Source: a virus
IMG/VR virus record: IMGVR_UViG_3300002036_000001
Location: 8,506 to 72,505 of that record
Direction: 5' to 3' (one strand)
Length of the DNA: 64,000 bases
Shown: one piece after another, positions 10,041 to 18,781 of the stretch
How positions within the stretch are numbered: the first letter of the stretch is position 1
How the letters are laid out: each line of letters starts with the position of its first letter
Program-made: the position numbers and the translations under genes
Notes under the pieces: generated by a model
What the model was told of the DNA's origin: nothing
What the model saw: only the letters and a program-made list of their open reading frames with translations
Database searches by the model: none

Positions 10041-11183
10041 ATGGAAGATAATAATAACGATGATAATAATTTAGAGATGAGTCTATTTAATACAGACTCT
10101 CCTATAGAATTAAATCTAGATGGAGATATTCCATCAGGACTTTTACAAAATGATACAAATGGTGATGGAGGAAATACTGATCCTAAAGAGACAGATCCGA
10201 ATGCACCTGCAAATATACCAGAACCCAATGAGGATGAAGATCCAGAGGACGTAGTTGGGAAAGGAGATCAAAAAGATGATGAGGGTGATGATGAATCTTC
10301 TCCCAATTTATATTCTTCCTTTGCTGAGGTTCTTAATGAACAAGGCTTATTACCCTCATTTGATCTTCAAAATCAAAAAGTAGAAACTATTGATGATTTA
10401 ACAAATGCGTTTAAATCAGAAATAGATACTCAAGTAAAAAACTATTTAGTAACAAAACTAGGAGAAGAAGGATTTGATGCTATAGAAAAAGGAGTAAGTC
10501 TACTAGAATACCAAGAGCATAAAGATAATATAGATGTACTAGATAATATTACTTCTGAAAATTTAAGTGAAGATTTAGAACTAAGTAAAAGAATTATCTT
10601 ACAAGACTATATTAGTCAAGGTATAAGTGAAAAGAAAGCCTTAAGACTTCTTAGAAAAACTGTTGAATTAGGAGAAGAATCTATTTTAGAGGATGCTACT
10701 GAGTCATTAGAAAGCTTAAAAGAAATAGAAGCAAAAAGAATAGAAAAAGTTAAAGAGCAAAATACTCAAAGAGCTGCTCAACAAAAAGCATTAGAAGATA
10801 AAATAGATAATGATCTTAAAAATGCTATTTATAACAAAAAAGAATTTATTAAGAATATTCCAACTAATAAAGCTATCCAAGATAAAGTATACCAAAGTAT
10901 TACTAAGATTGTAGGAAAGAGTCCAGAAGGAGTATTGGAAAATAAATTAATGAAAGATAGAAGAGAAAACCCCATTGAATTTGATAGTAAACTTTATTAT
11001 TTATATGAATTAACAAATGGGTTTAATGATTTTTCTAAATTAGTAGGTGTTTCTAAAACAAGAGCTATTGATAAATTAGAAGAATCCCTTAGAAATAATA
11101 AGTTTGAAGATGCTGGTAAGCCAGGATTTTTAACTGATCCAGAAAGCTATGGTGGCATAGGTTCTGAATTAGTAATTGATTAA
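10041..11183 (+). CDS. Acidic scaffold-like head assembly protein
   Basis: Very acidic low-complexity N-terminus and coiled-coil middle, between portal and MCP. Start moved to ATG 10041 because the track's TTG (10011) lies inside the promoter -7 box. Confidence 0.6.
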   Translation: MEDNNNDDNNLEMSLFNTDSPIELNLDGDIPSGLLQNDTNGDGGNTDPKETDPNAPANIPEPNEDEDPEDVVGKGDQKDDEGDDESSPNLYSSFAEVLNEQGLLPSFDLQNQKVETIDDLTNAFKSEIDTQVKNYLVTKLGEEGFDAIEKGVSLLEYQEHKDNIDVLDNITSENLSEDLELSKRIILQDYISQGISEKKALRLLRKTVELGEESILEDATESLESLKEIEAKRIEKVKEQNTQRAAQQKALEDKIDNDLKNAIYNKKEFIKNIPTNKAIQDKVYQSITKIVGKSPEGVLENKLMKDRRENPIEFDSKLYYLYELTNGFNDFSKLVGVSKTRAIDKLEESLRNNKFEDAGKPGFLTDPESYGGIGSELVID

Positions 11184-11215
11184 ATAAATAAATAATAAAT
11201 TAGAAATTAAAAACT

Positions 11216-12724
11216 ATGAGTTTAGGTAAGTTTGTAATGACCAAAGGTAAGTCTTGGTCAGGTTTGACATTAAAAAACCACATTGGTGCTATTTTTGGTT
11301 CTCAACCACAATTAGCTTCTTCACTTACTACTGTACTTTTACAGAACTCTGGAATGAAAAACTTAGATACAATGCTTTCTATGTTTCCAGAGAAGACTTT
11401 GCCAACGGCAGATGATTTTGTATGGAAAGTAGTAGGAAGTGATGAAAGAAATATTGCTTTAGTAGAAGCACGTTATAATGGAGCAGTTGTATTAGATACT
11501 GACACAGAAGTAGGTGCTGCTAGATCGGTTATTCAATTAGTATTTGACGAGAAGTATTTTAGTAAAGTTCATGTTATAACTGGTCCTAGACCTGATATAT
11601 ATCAATTCCGTATACTAAGAGATCCTAGTGAAGAAGGTGGTCAGTATGTATATGACGTTGAAATATTTGGTGGACAAGAAACTTTAGGTGGTGTACCTGG
11701 AGATGAAATAGTAGGAGGAAATAGATTCTCTATTGAATCTGCTTATGTAGAAGATGAACTTTCTACAGAAGGTGCTGACATTCAGTTTACTTCTCCTTAC
11801 ACTATGAGAAACTCTGTTTCTACACTAAGAATGGAGACTAAAGTATCTGGTGCTATGATTGATTGTAAAATTAAGCCTGTTTATTTTGCTGGAATAGAAA
11901 CAAGAGATCCTAATACTGGAAAAGTACATAAGTCAGTTACATGGATGCAAGAGGTATACTGGCAATTTGAAAAGTCTTTATCTAGAATAAAAGCTCGTAC
12001 TTGTATGTTTGGTAAAACAAATAGAGATGAGAACGGAAGATTCTTAAATAAAGGTAATTCAAATATTGAAATTAAAGCTGGTTCTGGGATTAGAGAACAA
12101 ATGGAAGTATCTAATACTAGTACTTACAATACATTTTCAATTAGATTACTAGAAGATTTACTATCTGAATTATCAGAAGGAAAACTAGATTTTGGTGAGC
12201 GTAAGTTTATGTTACGTACAGGAGAAAGAGGTGCTGCTCAATTTAACAGAGCTGTAACTAAAGAAGCTTCTGGATGGGGTGCAATAGGATTTGATAATAC
12301 AAATACTGGAGGACTTCAAAAAGTATCTAGTAAACTTCATACAAATGCTTATTCTGCTGGTTTTCAATTTACAGAGTGGAAAGCACCAAATAATATTCAC
12401 GTAATATTAGAAGTTGATCCAATGTATGATGATAAAGTAAGAAATAAAATTCTTCACCCAGATGGAGGAGTTGCTGAATCATATAGATATGATATACTTT
12501 ATATCGGATCTATGGAAGAGCCAAATATCCAAAAAATCAAAGTTCAAGGAGAACATGAATTAAGAGGATATAAAGGTGGTATTAGAAATCCCTTTACTGG
12601 ACGTAGAGGTGGAGTTATGAATCACATGGAAGATTCTGCAGTTATGACTGCAATGTGTATGTTAGGAGCGATGGTAAAAGATCCTTCTAGAACTGCTACA
12701 CTAAAGCCAGAGATTTTAGATTAA
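11216..12724 (+). CDS. Major capsid protein (crAss-like, HK97 fold inferred)
   Basis: LGKFVM..KSWSGLTLKNHIGAIF..QPQ, LDTMLSMFP, WKVVGSDERNIALVEAR closely resemble the crAssphage MCP N-terminus as I recall it; followed by a terminator. Confidence 0.92.
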   Translation: MSLGKFVMTKGKSWSGLTLKNHIGAIFGSQPQLASSLTTVLLQNSGMKNLDTMLSMFPEKTLPTADDFVWKVVGSDERNIALVEARYNGAVVLDTDTEVGAARSVIQLVFDEKYFSKVHVITGPRPDIYQFRILRDPSEEGGQYVYDVEIFGGQETLGGVPGDEIVGGNRFSIESAYVEDELSTEGADIQFTSPYTMRNSVSTLRMETKVSGAMIDCKIKPVYFAGIETRDPNTGKVHKSVTWMQEVYWQFEKSLSRIKARTCMFGKTNRDENGRFLNKGNSNIEIKAGSGIREQMEVSNTSTYNTFSIRLLEDLLSELSEGKLDFGERKFMLRTGERGAAQFNRAVTKEASGWGAIGFDNTNTGGLQKVSSKLHTNAYSAGFQFTEWKAPNNIHVILEVDPMYDDKVRNKILHPDGGVAESYRYDILYIGSMEEPNIQKIKVQGEHELRGYKGGIRNPFTGRRGGVMNHMEDSAVMTAMCMLGAMVKDPSRTATLKPEILD

Positions 12725-12748
12725 TCTATAATTACATATTAGGTTTAA

Positions 12749-12783
12749 AAAGGGTGTACCAATTAAAACACCCTTTATTTTTA
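12749..12783 (+). terminator. Rho-independent terminator after MCP
   Basis: Stem AAAGGGTGT (12749-12757) / ACACCCTTT (12768-12776) followed by ATTTTT. Confidence 0.8.
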
Positions 12784-12804
12784 TAATAAATTAAGGGAGA
12801 AATA

Positions 12805-13662
12805 ATGGGAAAAAAGGAAGAAACAGGTGGATTTAGTCTACCTAATGAAACAGTTAAAGTAAAGTTTATACGTAGAAGAAGAGGAATGGCAGCTCATGTA
12901 GATGATAATCATGTTATATCAGGAGGAATGCTTACAAACTCTAAAAGGTCTTATTCAGCTCCGCTAAGAAGAAAAGGTGGAATTGCTAATGTTCTTTCTA
13001 ATGAAGAAAAAGAATATTTAGAAAATAAAACAGGTTTAGATTTATCTGTATATGGAGATTTTTGGAAAACTTTTTCTGTTAATCTTTTTAAAGAGGATGC
13101 AAATAACGTATTTGATTTAAGTATTCCTATGGATTATATTTCAGTTAAATTACTTAAAACTTTAAAAAATAAAATTGCTCCAGCATGGAAACTTAGAAAC
13201 CAAAAACAAACTTATGAGTTTGTTATAACTGGAGAAAATGAAGAGTTTAACGAGAATAAGGTTAAATTAGATACTAAGAAATTAGCATTTAAACTTTATG
13301 GTAAATTAGAAGATGATAGAGAGAAATTATTAGGTATATTAAAATTACTTACAAATCAACCTATATCTAAAGATTCTAAGTTAAATTGGTTACAAGGAAA
13401 GGTAGAAGAGTTTGTAGATACAACTCCTTCAAATTTTTTAAGAGTTGTTCAAGATGAAGATTTTGATACCAAAGTTTTAATTGGTAAAGGAGTAGAGACT
13501 GGAATAATTATTAGAAATGGAAATAAATATTCTACTATAGATGGACTAGAACTATGTGAAAATGGTCAAGTACCTTCTTTTAATAATGTAGTAGATTACT
13601 TAAATAATCCTAAGAATCAAGACGTAAGGTCACTAATAGAAGCCAAAGTAGATAAGAAATAA
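12805..13662 (+). CDS. Conserved crAss-like protein downstream of MCP, function unknown
   Basis: 285-aa ORF in the conserved post-MCP position. Confidence 0.7.
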   Translation: MGKKEETGGFSLPNETVKVKFIRRRRGMAAHVDDNHVISGGMLTNSKRSYSAPLRRKGGIANVLSNEEKEYLENKTGLDLSVYGDFWKTFSVNLFKEDANNVFDLSIPMDYISVKLLKTLKNKIAPAWKLRNQKQTYEFVITGENEEFNENKVKLDTKKLAFKLYGKLEDDREKLLGILKLLTNQPISKDSKLNWLQGKVEEFVDTTPSNFLRVVQDEDFDTKVLIGKGVETGIIIRNGNKYSTIDGLELCENGQVPSFNNVVDYLNNPKNQDVRSLIEAKVDKK

Positions 13663-13666
13663 TAAT

Positions 13667-14410
13667 ATGACAACAACAGAGTTTAGTAATGAGTTTGATA
13701 TATTGTATAATGGGATTGCAACTAATTCTGCCCCAGGATTAGATCTCTATGAAAAGTCAGTATATCTTACTAAAGCTCAACTAGAGTTAGTTAAAAATTA
13801 TTTTAATCCAAGAGGAAATAAGTATAGACAAGGGTTTGAACAAAATTCTAAAAGAAGAAATGATCTAAACGAACTTGTAAGAAGTTTTACTTCTAATATA
13901 GTATTTACATCAGATGAAGGTATTTCTGAAAATTCAAAGTTTTTTAGAATTCCTAATAATACTTTTCTTATTATTCAAGAAAAAGCAAAAGTAACATCTG
14001 GTAATACTTGTTTAGATGGTAAGTATGTAGGTATAAAACCTAAAACACATGATGAGTTTAATACTCAAGAAGAAAATCCATTTAAAAGACCAGATAATAA
14101 TACTATTTGGAGAATAGATTTTTATTCTCAAATAGGAAGTTTTAAAAATGTTGAATTAATATCACCTTTAAATTTAAGTGAATATAAATTTAGATACATC
14201 ATTTATCCTTCCCCTATAGTATTAACTGATTTATTAACAGATTTTCCTGGAGAATCTTTAAGTATAGATGGAATAACGCAACCTCAAACTTGTCAATTAA
14301 GTGAGAGTATGCATAGAGAAATATTAGACAGAGCCGTAGAGTTAGCATTAGTAGATTATAAACCTGCTTCTGTTCAATTAAAGACTCAAGCTAATTTGAG
14401 AAATGAATAA
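13667..14410 (+). CDS. Head-tail ring/adaptor protein
   Basis: EFSNEFDILYN...PGLDLYEKSVYLTKAQ and CQLSESMHREILDRAVELA resemble crAss-like ring proteins; position in the structural module. Confidence 0.65.
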   Translation: MTTTEFSNEFDILYNGIATNSAPGLDLYEKSVYLTKAQLELVKNYFNPRGNKYRQGFEQNSKRRNDLNELVRSFTSNIVFTSDEGISENSKFFRIPNNTFLIIQEKAKVTSGNTCLDGKYVGIKPKTHDEFNTQEENPFKRPDNNTIWRIDFYSQIGSFKNVELISPLNLSEYKFRYIIYPSPIVLTDLLTDFPGESLSIDGITQPQTCQLSESMHREILDRAVELALVDYKPASVQLKTQANLRNE

Positions 14411-14434
14411 TTAATAAAAATTAAATAATTAAAA

Positions 14435-15439
14435 ATGAGTGTATTTGGACCAAATCAAGTAGAAGAGTTGATTATAGGAGATGCTGTGTCTAGTCAGGCA
14501 ACTATAGCTGATTTTATAGCTTCTGCTACTGATAAAGAAATTAAAGTTTTATCCGCTAATGGTGGTGCTTTGGCAGCAGGTGAAGTGTTTAAAATTTTAC
14601 AAAAAACTAGCGGTGATTCTGCTAAAGGATTAGATTATGAATTTAGTGATGTAGTAGATCCTTCTAAAGTAAATAAAGTAATAGTAAAAGAACATAATGC
14701 AGAAGTACAAAAATCTGTTACAATTACTGGTTTTGATGCAAATGTAGTAGCTGATACTACTTATGCTGTAGAAATTAGATTGTATAATGATGGGGGAACT
14801 TTATCTCCTGAGAATTTTGCAATTATCTCTGGTTACTATGTAACTAAGTCAAATATTGGAGCAACTACTGCTGCTGATATTAGAGATGGTATTGTTACTT
14901 CTTTAAATAACAACTTAAAGCGTAGAGGAAATAGTGAGTTTGTAATAACTACTCCTGATACTTCTGAAACTGATATTGTTATTACTGGAAAATTTCAAAA
15001 TGTAGTTCCTGGAAAAATTATAGGAAGACAAATAGATTTTGATGTTAATGCAAAAGTATTTGCAAATGTAACTTTAACACATGAGAATTTAGGATTGTTA
15101 ACTGTAACTGAGTTACAAAAAAACAACCCTGGAACTGGTACTGGAAAGTATGCTGTAAATTTAGAATGGTTTACTAAAGGTTATAAGTACGAAGCTTACA
15201 GACAATCAGGGTATCCTGCTGATTTTTCAGAAAGAACACCTTATTATGCTTCTGCTAATGGAACTTATAATACTATCCATATCAAATATTATAGTGATAG
15301 ACAAAGTCCTACAGTTGAGAAACAACAAAAAGTACTTACTATTTTAGTAGATGCTACTAGTGTTGCACCTGTAAATGCTGTTTTAGCTGATCTAAGAACT
15401 GTTCTTGGTGCAGCAAATGTTCCAGCAGATTTAGTATAA
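14435..15439 (+). CDS. Virion structural protein, probably auxiliary capsid protein
   Basis: 334 aa beta-rich, Cys-free, followed by a strong terminator as for MCP. Confidence 0.55.
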   Translation: MSVFGPNQVEELIIGDAVSSQATIADFIASATDKEIKVLSANGGALAAGEVFKILQKTSGDSAKGLDYEFSDVVDPSKVNKVIVKEHNAEVQKSVTITGFDANVVADTTYAVEIRLYNDGGTLSPENFAIISGYYVTKSNIGATTAADIRDGIVTSLNNNLKRRGNSEFVITTPDTSETDIVITGKFQNVVPGKIIGRQIDFDVNAKVFANVTLTHENLGLLTVTELQKNNPGTGTGKYAVNLEWFTKGYKYEAYRQSGYPADFSERTPYYASANGTYNTIHIKYYSDRQSPTVEKQQKVLTILVDATSVAPVNAVLADLRTVLGAANVPADLV

Positions 15440-15461
15440 TAAAAAACAAAAACTAATATAT

Positions 15462-15500
15462 AAAGGAGAGTTGGGTCATACGGCTTTTCTCTCCTTTTTG
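15462..15500 (+). terminator. Rho-independent terminator
   Basis: Stem AAAGGAGAG (15462-15470) / CTCTCCTTT (15489-15497) followed by TTGTTT. Confidence 0.7.
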
Positions 15501-15512
15501 TTTACAATAAAT

Positions 15513-16142
15513 ATGATAGATATAAATAATTTTACAATAATAGATAATGGAACTGCTTTAAGCGTTTCTGTAGAAACAGATTTAAACGAAACCATTACTT
15601 CTGCATTAGTTTGGACTGACCAGACTTTTAAAGATTATAGCCAAGCTATAGATGTAACAAGTTATTTGGCACAAACAAGTAATATAGAGAATTTTACTTT
15701 ACCTGCTTCTGTTTTTGGTGTAAACGAATTACAAGGTATATATTTTATAGAATTTCAAACTACTTCTGGATCAACAGATGATTGTGTAAACTGTTCTAAT
15801 AATTTAGGAGTTGCTGCTTCTTTGCTATGTTTTAAAGAATGTCTACTTGATAAGGTATTACAATATTCAGTTTGCGATGACATTAGTAATGAAAACTGTA
15901 ATGAAAGCATTGTAACATCTATTATAAATATAGATGTATTAGTGGATGCTTTATGTACTTCTCTAGAATTTGGTTATTATGGAGAAGCAATTGATATTTT
16001 AAAAACTTTAAGAAAGTTGTGTAATTGTTCAGAAGGATGTAGTGAATGTAACCAATGTAAAGATTGTAAAGACCTTCCAAGTCCTAACTTTAAATCAGGT
16101 CTTGATTATGGAACATTAGACAACACTTTAATATTAGTATAA
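15513..16142 (+). CDS. Cys-rich structural protein (fibre hub/attachment candidate)
   Basis: Start moved to ATG 15513 because the track start lies inside the terminator; 13 Cys including CNCSEGCSECNQCKDC. Confidence 0.6.
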   Translation: MIDINNFTIIDNGTALSVSVETDLNETITSALVWTDQTFKDYSQAIDVTSYLAQTSNIENFTLPASVFGVNELQGIYFIEFQTTSGSTDDCVNCSNNLGVAASLLCFKECLLDKVLQYSVCDDISNENCNESIVTSIINIDVLVDALCTSLEFGYYGEAIDILKTLRKLCNCSEGCSECNQCKDCKDLPSPNFKSGLDYGTLDNTLILV

Positions 16143-18404
16143 ATGGATAAAATCACAAGTGGTAAAATATTAGTAGGATCAAGCTTAAAAGGAATTAACT
16201 ATGCTAAAACTTATGGTAAGTTAAAATTCAAAGAACTATATCTATTTAACTTAATAAGTCAATTAAATAGTTTTTGTGAATTAAATAAGTCTTTTGCAGT
16301 TTCTCAAAAACTTGATAAAATACTAAGAGCTTTGCAGAATAAATATCCTACTATTTGCAATTATAGAAGTAGAGGAAATGATTCTACATTTATAACAGGA
16401 AAACCTGTAAAAGATTTAAATACTATTACAGATACAAATACTAAGCCTACAGTATTAGGATATAATTGTTATGATTATGAATATACTGAATTTAGTATTC
16501 CTTTAGAAACTGTTTTATCAGGATATAGTGATTCAGAAAATAATTCTGCTAAATATATCAGAATAAAATCTATTCCATTATTAGGAAGTTTAGAATATAA
16601 TAATGTACCAGTAATAATAAACCAAATAGTATTATTAGAGGATATAGATAATTTAAAGTATGATTTAAATTTAGTATACTCTGATGTAGTAAATGTAACA
16701 TTTACATATCAAATAGGTGATGATAGTTTAAATACTTTGTTTAGTAATGAAGTTACTTATAATATATGTGTACCTGAGAAACATAATTTACCTCCTACAG
16801 TAGAGGATGAACAAGGAGAATTAGATTCTACTAATTGTAGAACTTTTATATATGGTGACTTTACTAATAATTTTACAGATCCTAATGAAGGAGATGTACC
16901 TTTTGAAGTAGAAGTATTAACCCTTCCTTCTATAGGAGAATTAGAATTTAATGGTTCTGTTATTACAGCTCCATTTATTTTTGACATATCAGAAGTTAAT
17001 CAGTTAAAATTTTGTTTACCTGATGATTTTAGTGTTATAAATGGAGTAATATATTCTTATACAGGAGTATTAAATGAATTACTTAATGAATGTTTTGATG
17101 ATGGTTACGTAATAGAAAGTGTAGTAGATGGTACATATAATTTAACAAAAACAGAACAAGTTAGTATTACAAATACTACAAATATATATGCATTCTTTGA
17201 TACTACTTCTATGCAACAACAAGATGGAGTAGATGCTAAAATTGCATTAGAAACATGGTTTAATGGTTTTAAGATAGATAATTCTGATTTTACAGGAAAT
17301 TTATATGTAATTCCTACAGGAAATGAAAGATGGGTACAATATGGAATTACTCCCTGGACTGGTGTAATTTCTTTTGTAAATACTTTTGGACAATGGGGAA
17401 ATATTGCCCAACTACCTATTAATTTAAATACTCCTGAATGGATTTCTGATCCAGATGCTGTAGTATTATCATTTGTAGATGAAAGTAATTTTGATTATCA
17501 TTCAAGTAGTGTATCTGATGGATTTACAGGAGTAATTACTCAACCTACTCTAGCATATACAGGAGATTTCATATCTTTTAAGGATGTTTATAGTAATTAT
17601 AATTTTTTTAGAGGGTTAATATATCCAGTGGTTCAAAGCTTAACAGGAAATGGAGGAGCTTTAGTTTTACAAGCTATGGCTGCAATAGAAGGTACTACAT
17701 TGACTCAAGCAGAAATAAGTACATATAATACACAAGTAGATGTAAGTTTATTATTAACAACAAATGCTTATGAAAATCATTTAATCTCTTCAAATCCTGA
17801 TATATTTTTAGAACCATTAAAAGATTATAATTGGGGAGGTCAATTTGATAAAACAAGTCCAGCTAGTGAAGTATTTAATTCAACTACATTTAGTAATGAT
17901 TTAGATGAATTTCTTTCAGGAAGTATGGAAACTATTGTTACTACTAAACAAATAGTAGGAACACTTGTAACAGATCAACCAATTGATTTTACATTTAGAA
18001 CAAGTGATGATGATAATCTAGAACAATTGTTTAGTAATACTGCTACTTATACTTTGACATACGGTAATTTAAATAATTTACCTCCTGTTCAAGTAGGAGA
18101 TGGAAGTAAAACAATTAATAATAGTACTGTGATTACTTTTAATAGGAATGATTTTACAAACAATTTAAATCCTTCTTATTTAGATCCAGAGAATGATCCT
18201 GCATTTAAACTGAAAATAATATCTCTACCTTCACAAGGTACATTAACTTTAAATAGTATAAATGTTATTATAGATCAAGAAATATTATTCACAGATATTG
18301 ATTCAGGTTTATTCCAATTTACACCTAATCCTAATTTAGATAATTATAGTGTTGAATTTGACTTTCAAGTTTCTGATTCAGGATCTAATGAATTTGTAGG
18401 ATAA
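16143..18404 (+). CDS. Fibre/structural protein with three cadherin-like modules and a vWA-like insert
   Basis: Three repeats of N.PP...F...Y.DP..D....I..LP..G.L......I...D...F....SD; about 250-aa alpha/beta insert within repeat 2. Confidence 0.65.
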   Translation: MDKITSGKILVGSSLKGINYAKTYGKLKFKELYLFNLISQLNSFCELNKSFAVSQKLDKILRALQNKYPTICNYRSRGNDSTFITGKPVKDLNTITDTNTKPTVLGYNCYDYEYTEFSIPLETVLSGYSDSENNSAKYIRIKSIPLLGSLEYNNVPVIINQIVLLEDIDNLKYDLNLVYSDVVNVTFTYQIGDDSLNTLFSNEVTYNICVPEKHNLPPTVEDEQGELDSTNCRTFIYGDFTNNFTDPNEGDVPFEVEVLTLPSIGELEFNGSVITAPFIFDISEVNQLKFCLPDDFSVINGVIYSYTGVLNELLNECFDDGYVIESVVDGTYNLTKTEQVSITNTTNIYAFFDTTSMQQQDGVDAKIALETWFNGFKIDNSDFTGNLYVIPTGNERWVQYGITPWTGVISFVNTFGQWGNIAQLPINLNTPEWISDPDAVVLSFVDESNFDYHSSSVSDGFTGVITQPTLAYTGDFISFKDVYSNYNFFRGLIYPVVQSLTGNGGALVLQAMAAIEGTTLTQAEISTYNTQVDVSLLLTTNAYENHLISSNPDIFLEPLKDYNWGGQFDKTSPASEVFNSTTFSNDLDEFLSGSMETIVTTKQIVGTLVTDQPIDFTFRTSDDDNLEQLFSNTATYTLTYGNLNNLPPVQVGDGSKTINNSTVITFNRNDFTNNLNPSYLDPENDPAFKLKIISLPSQGTLTLNSINVIIDQEILFTDIDSGLFQFTPNPNLDNYSVEFDFQVSDSGSNEFVG

Positions 18405-18766
18405 TGAGTAAGTATACAATAAATATAACACAAAGTAAAAAATCTCCATCTGTAATAATTGAAAATAATTTAACAGAAGATTCTTGTTCTAGTACTAAAG
18501 AAATTACTATAATAATACCCAGTAATTCTTCTAAATATATAACTATAGTTCAATCAGGAATTGGAACAAATTATATAGGATTAACTGGAACTATAACAAG
18601 TAATACTAATTACACTTTAATAATCAATGGAGATAATACTAATGGAGGAATTTTGTCAGGCACTATAGTAGTGACTGCAAGAGATAAAAAGGGAGGAGAA
18701 ATAGAAGACCAATTAATTTTTACAAGACAACACGAAGGAACACTTTGTTCAGGGGGTCCTTCTTAA
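18404..18766 (+). CDS. Small Ig-like structural protein (120 aa)
   Basis: TAATG-coupled; beta-rich; paralogous to the N-half of 22704-23384 (DS.CS ... RQ.....C). Confidence 0.6.
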   Translation: MSKYTINITQSKKSPSVIIENNLTEDSCSSTKEITIIIPSNSSKYITIVQSGIGTNYIGLTGTITSNTNYTLIINGDNTNGGILSGTIVVTARDKKGGEIEDQLIFTRQHEGTLCSGGPS

Positions 18767-18781
18767 TACAAAAAAATAATA

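Noticed and set aside
15471-15512. N-terminal extensions given by the ORF track (also 10011-10040, 26458-26493, 44184-44195)
   Set aside because: They overlap a terminator, a promoter box or the upstream gene; downstream ATGs have better context.
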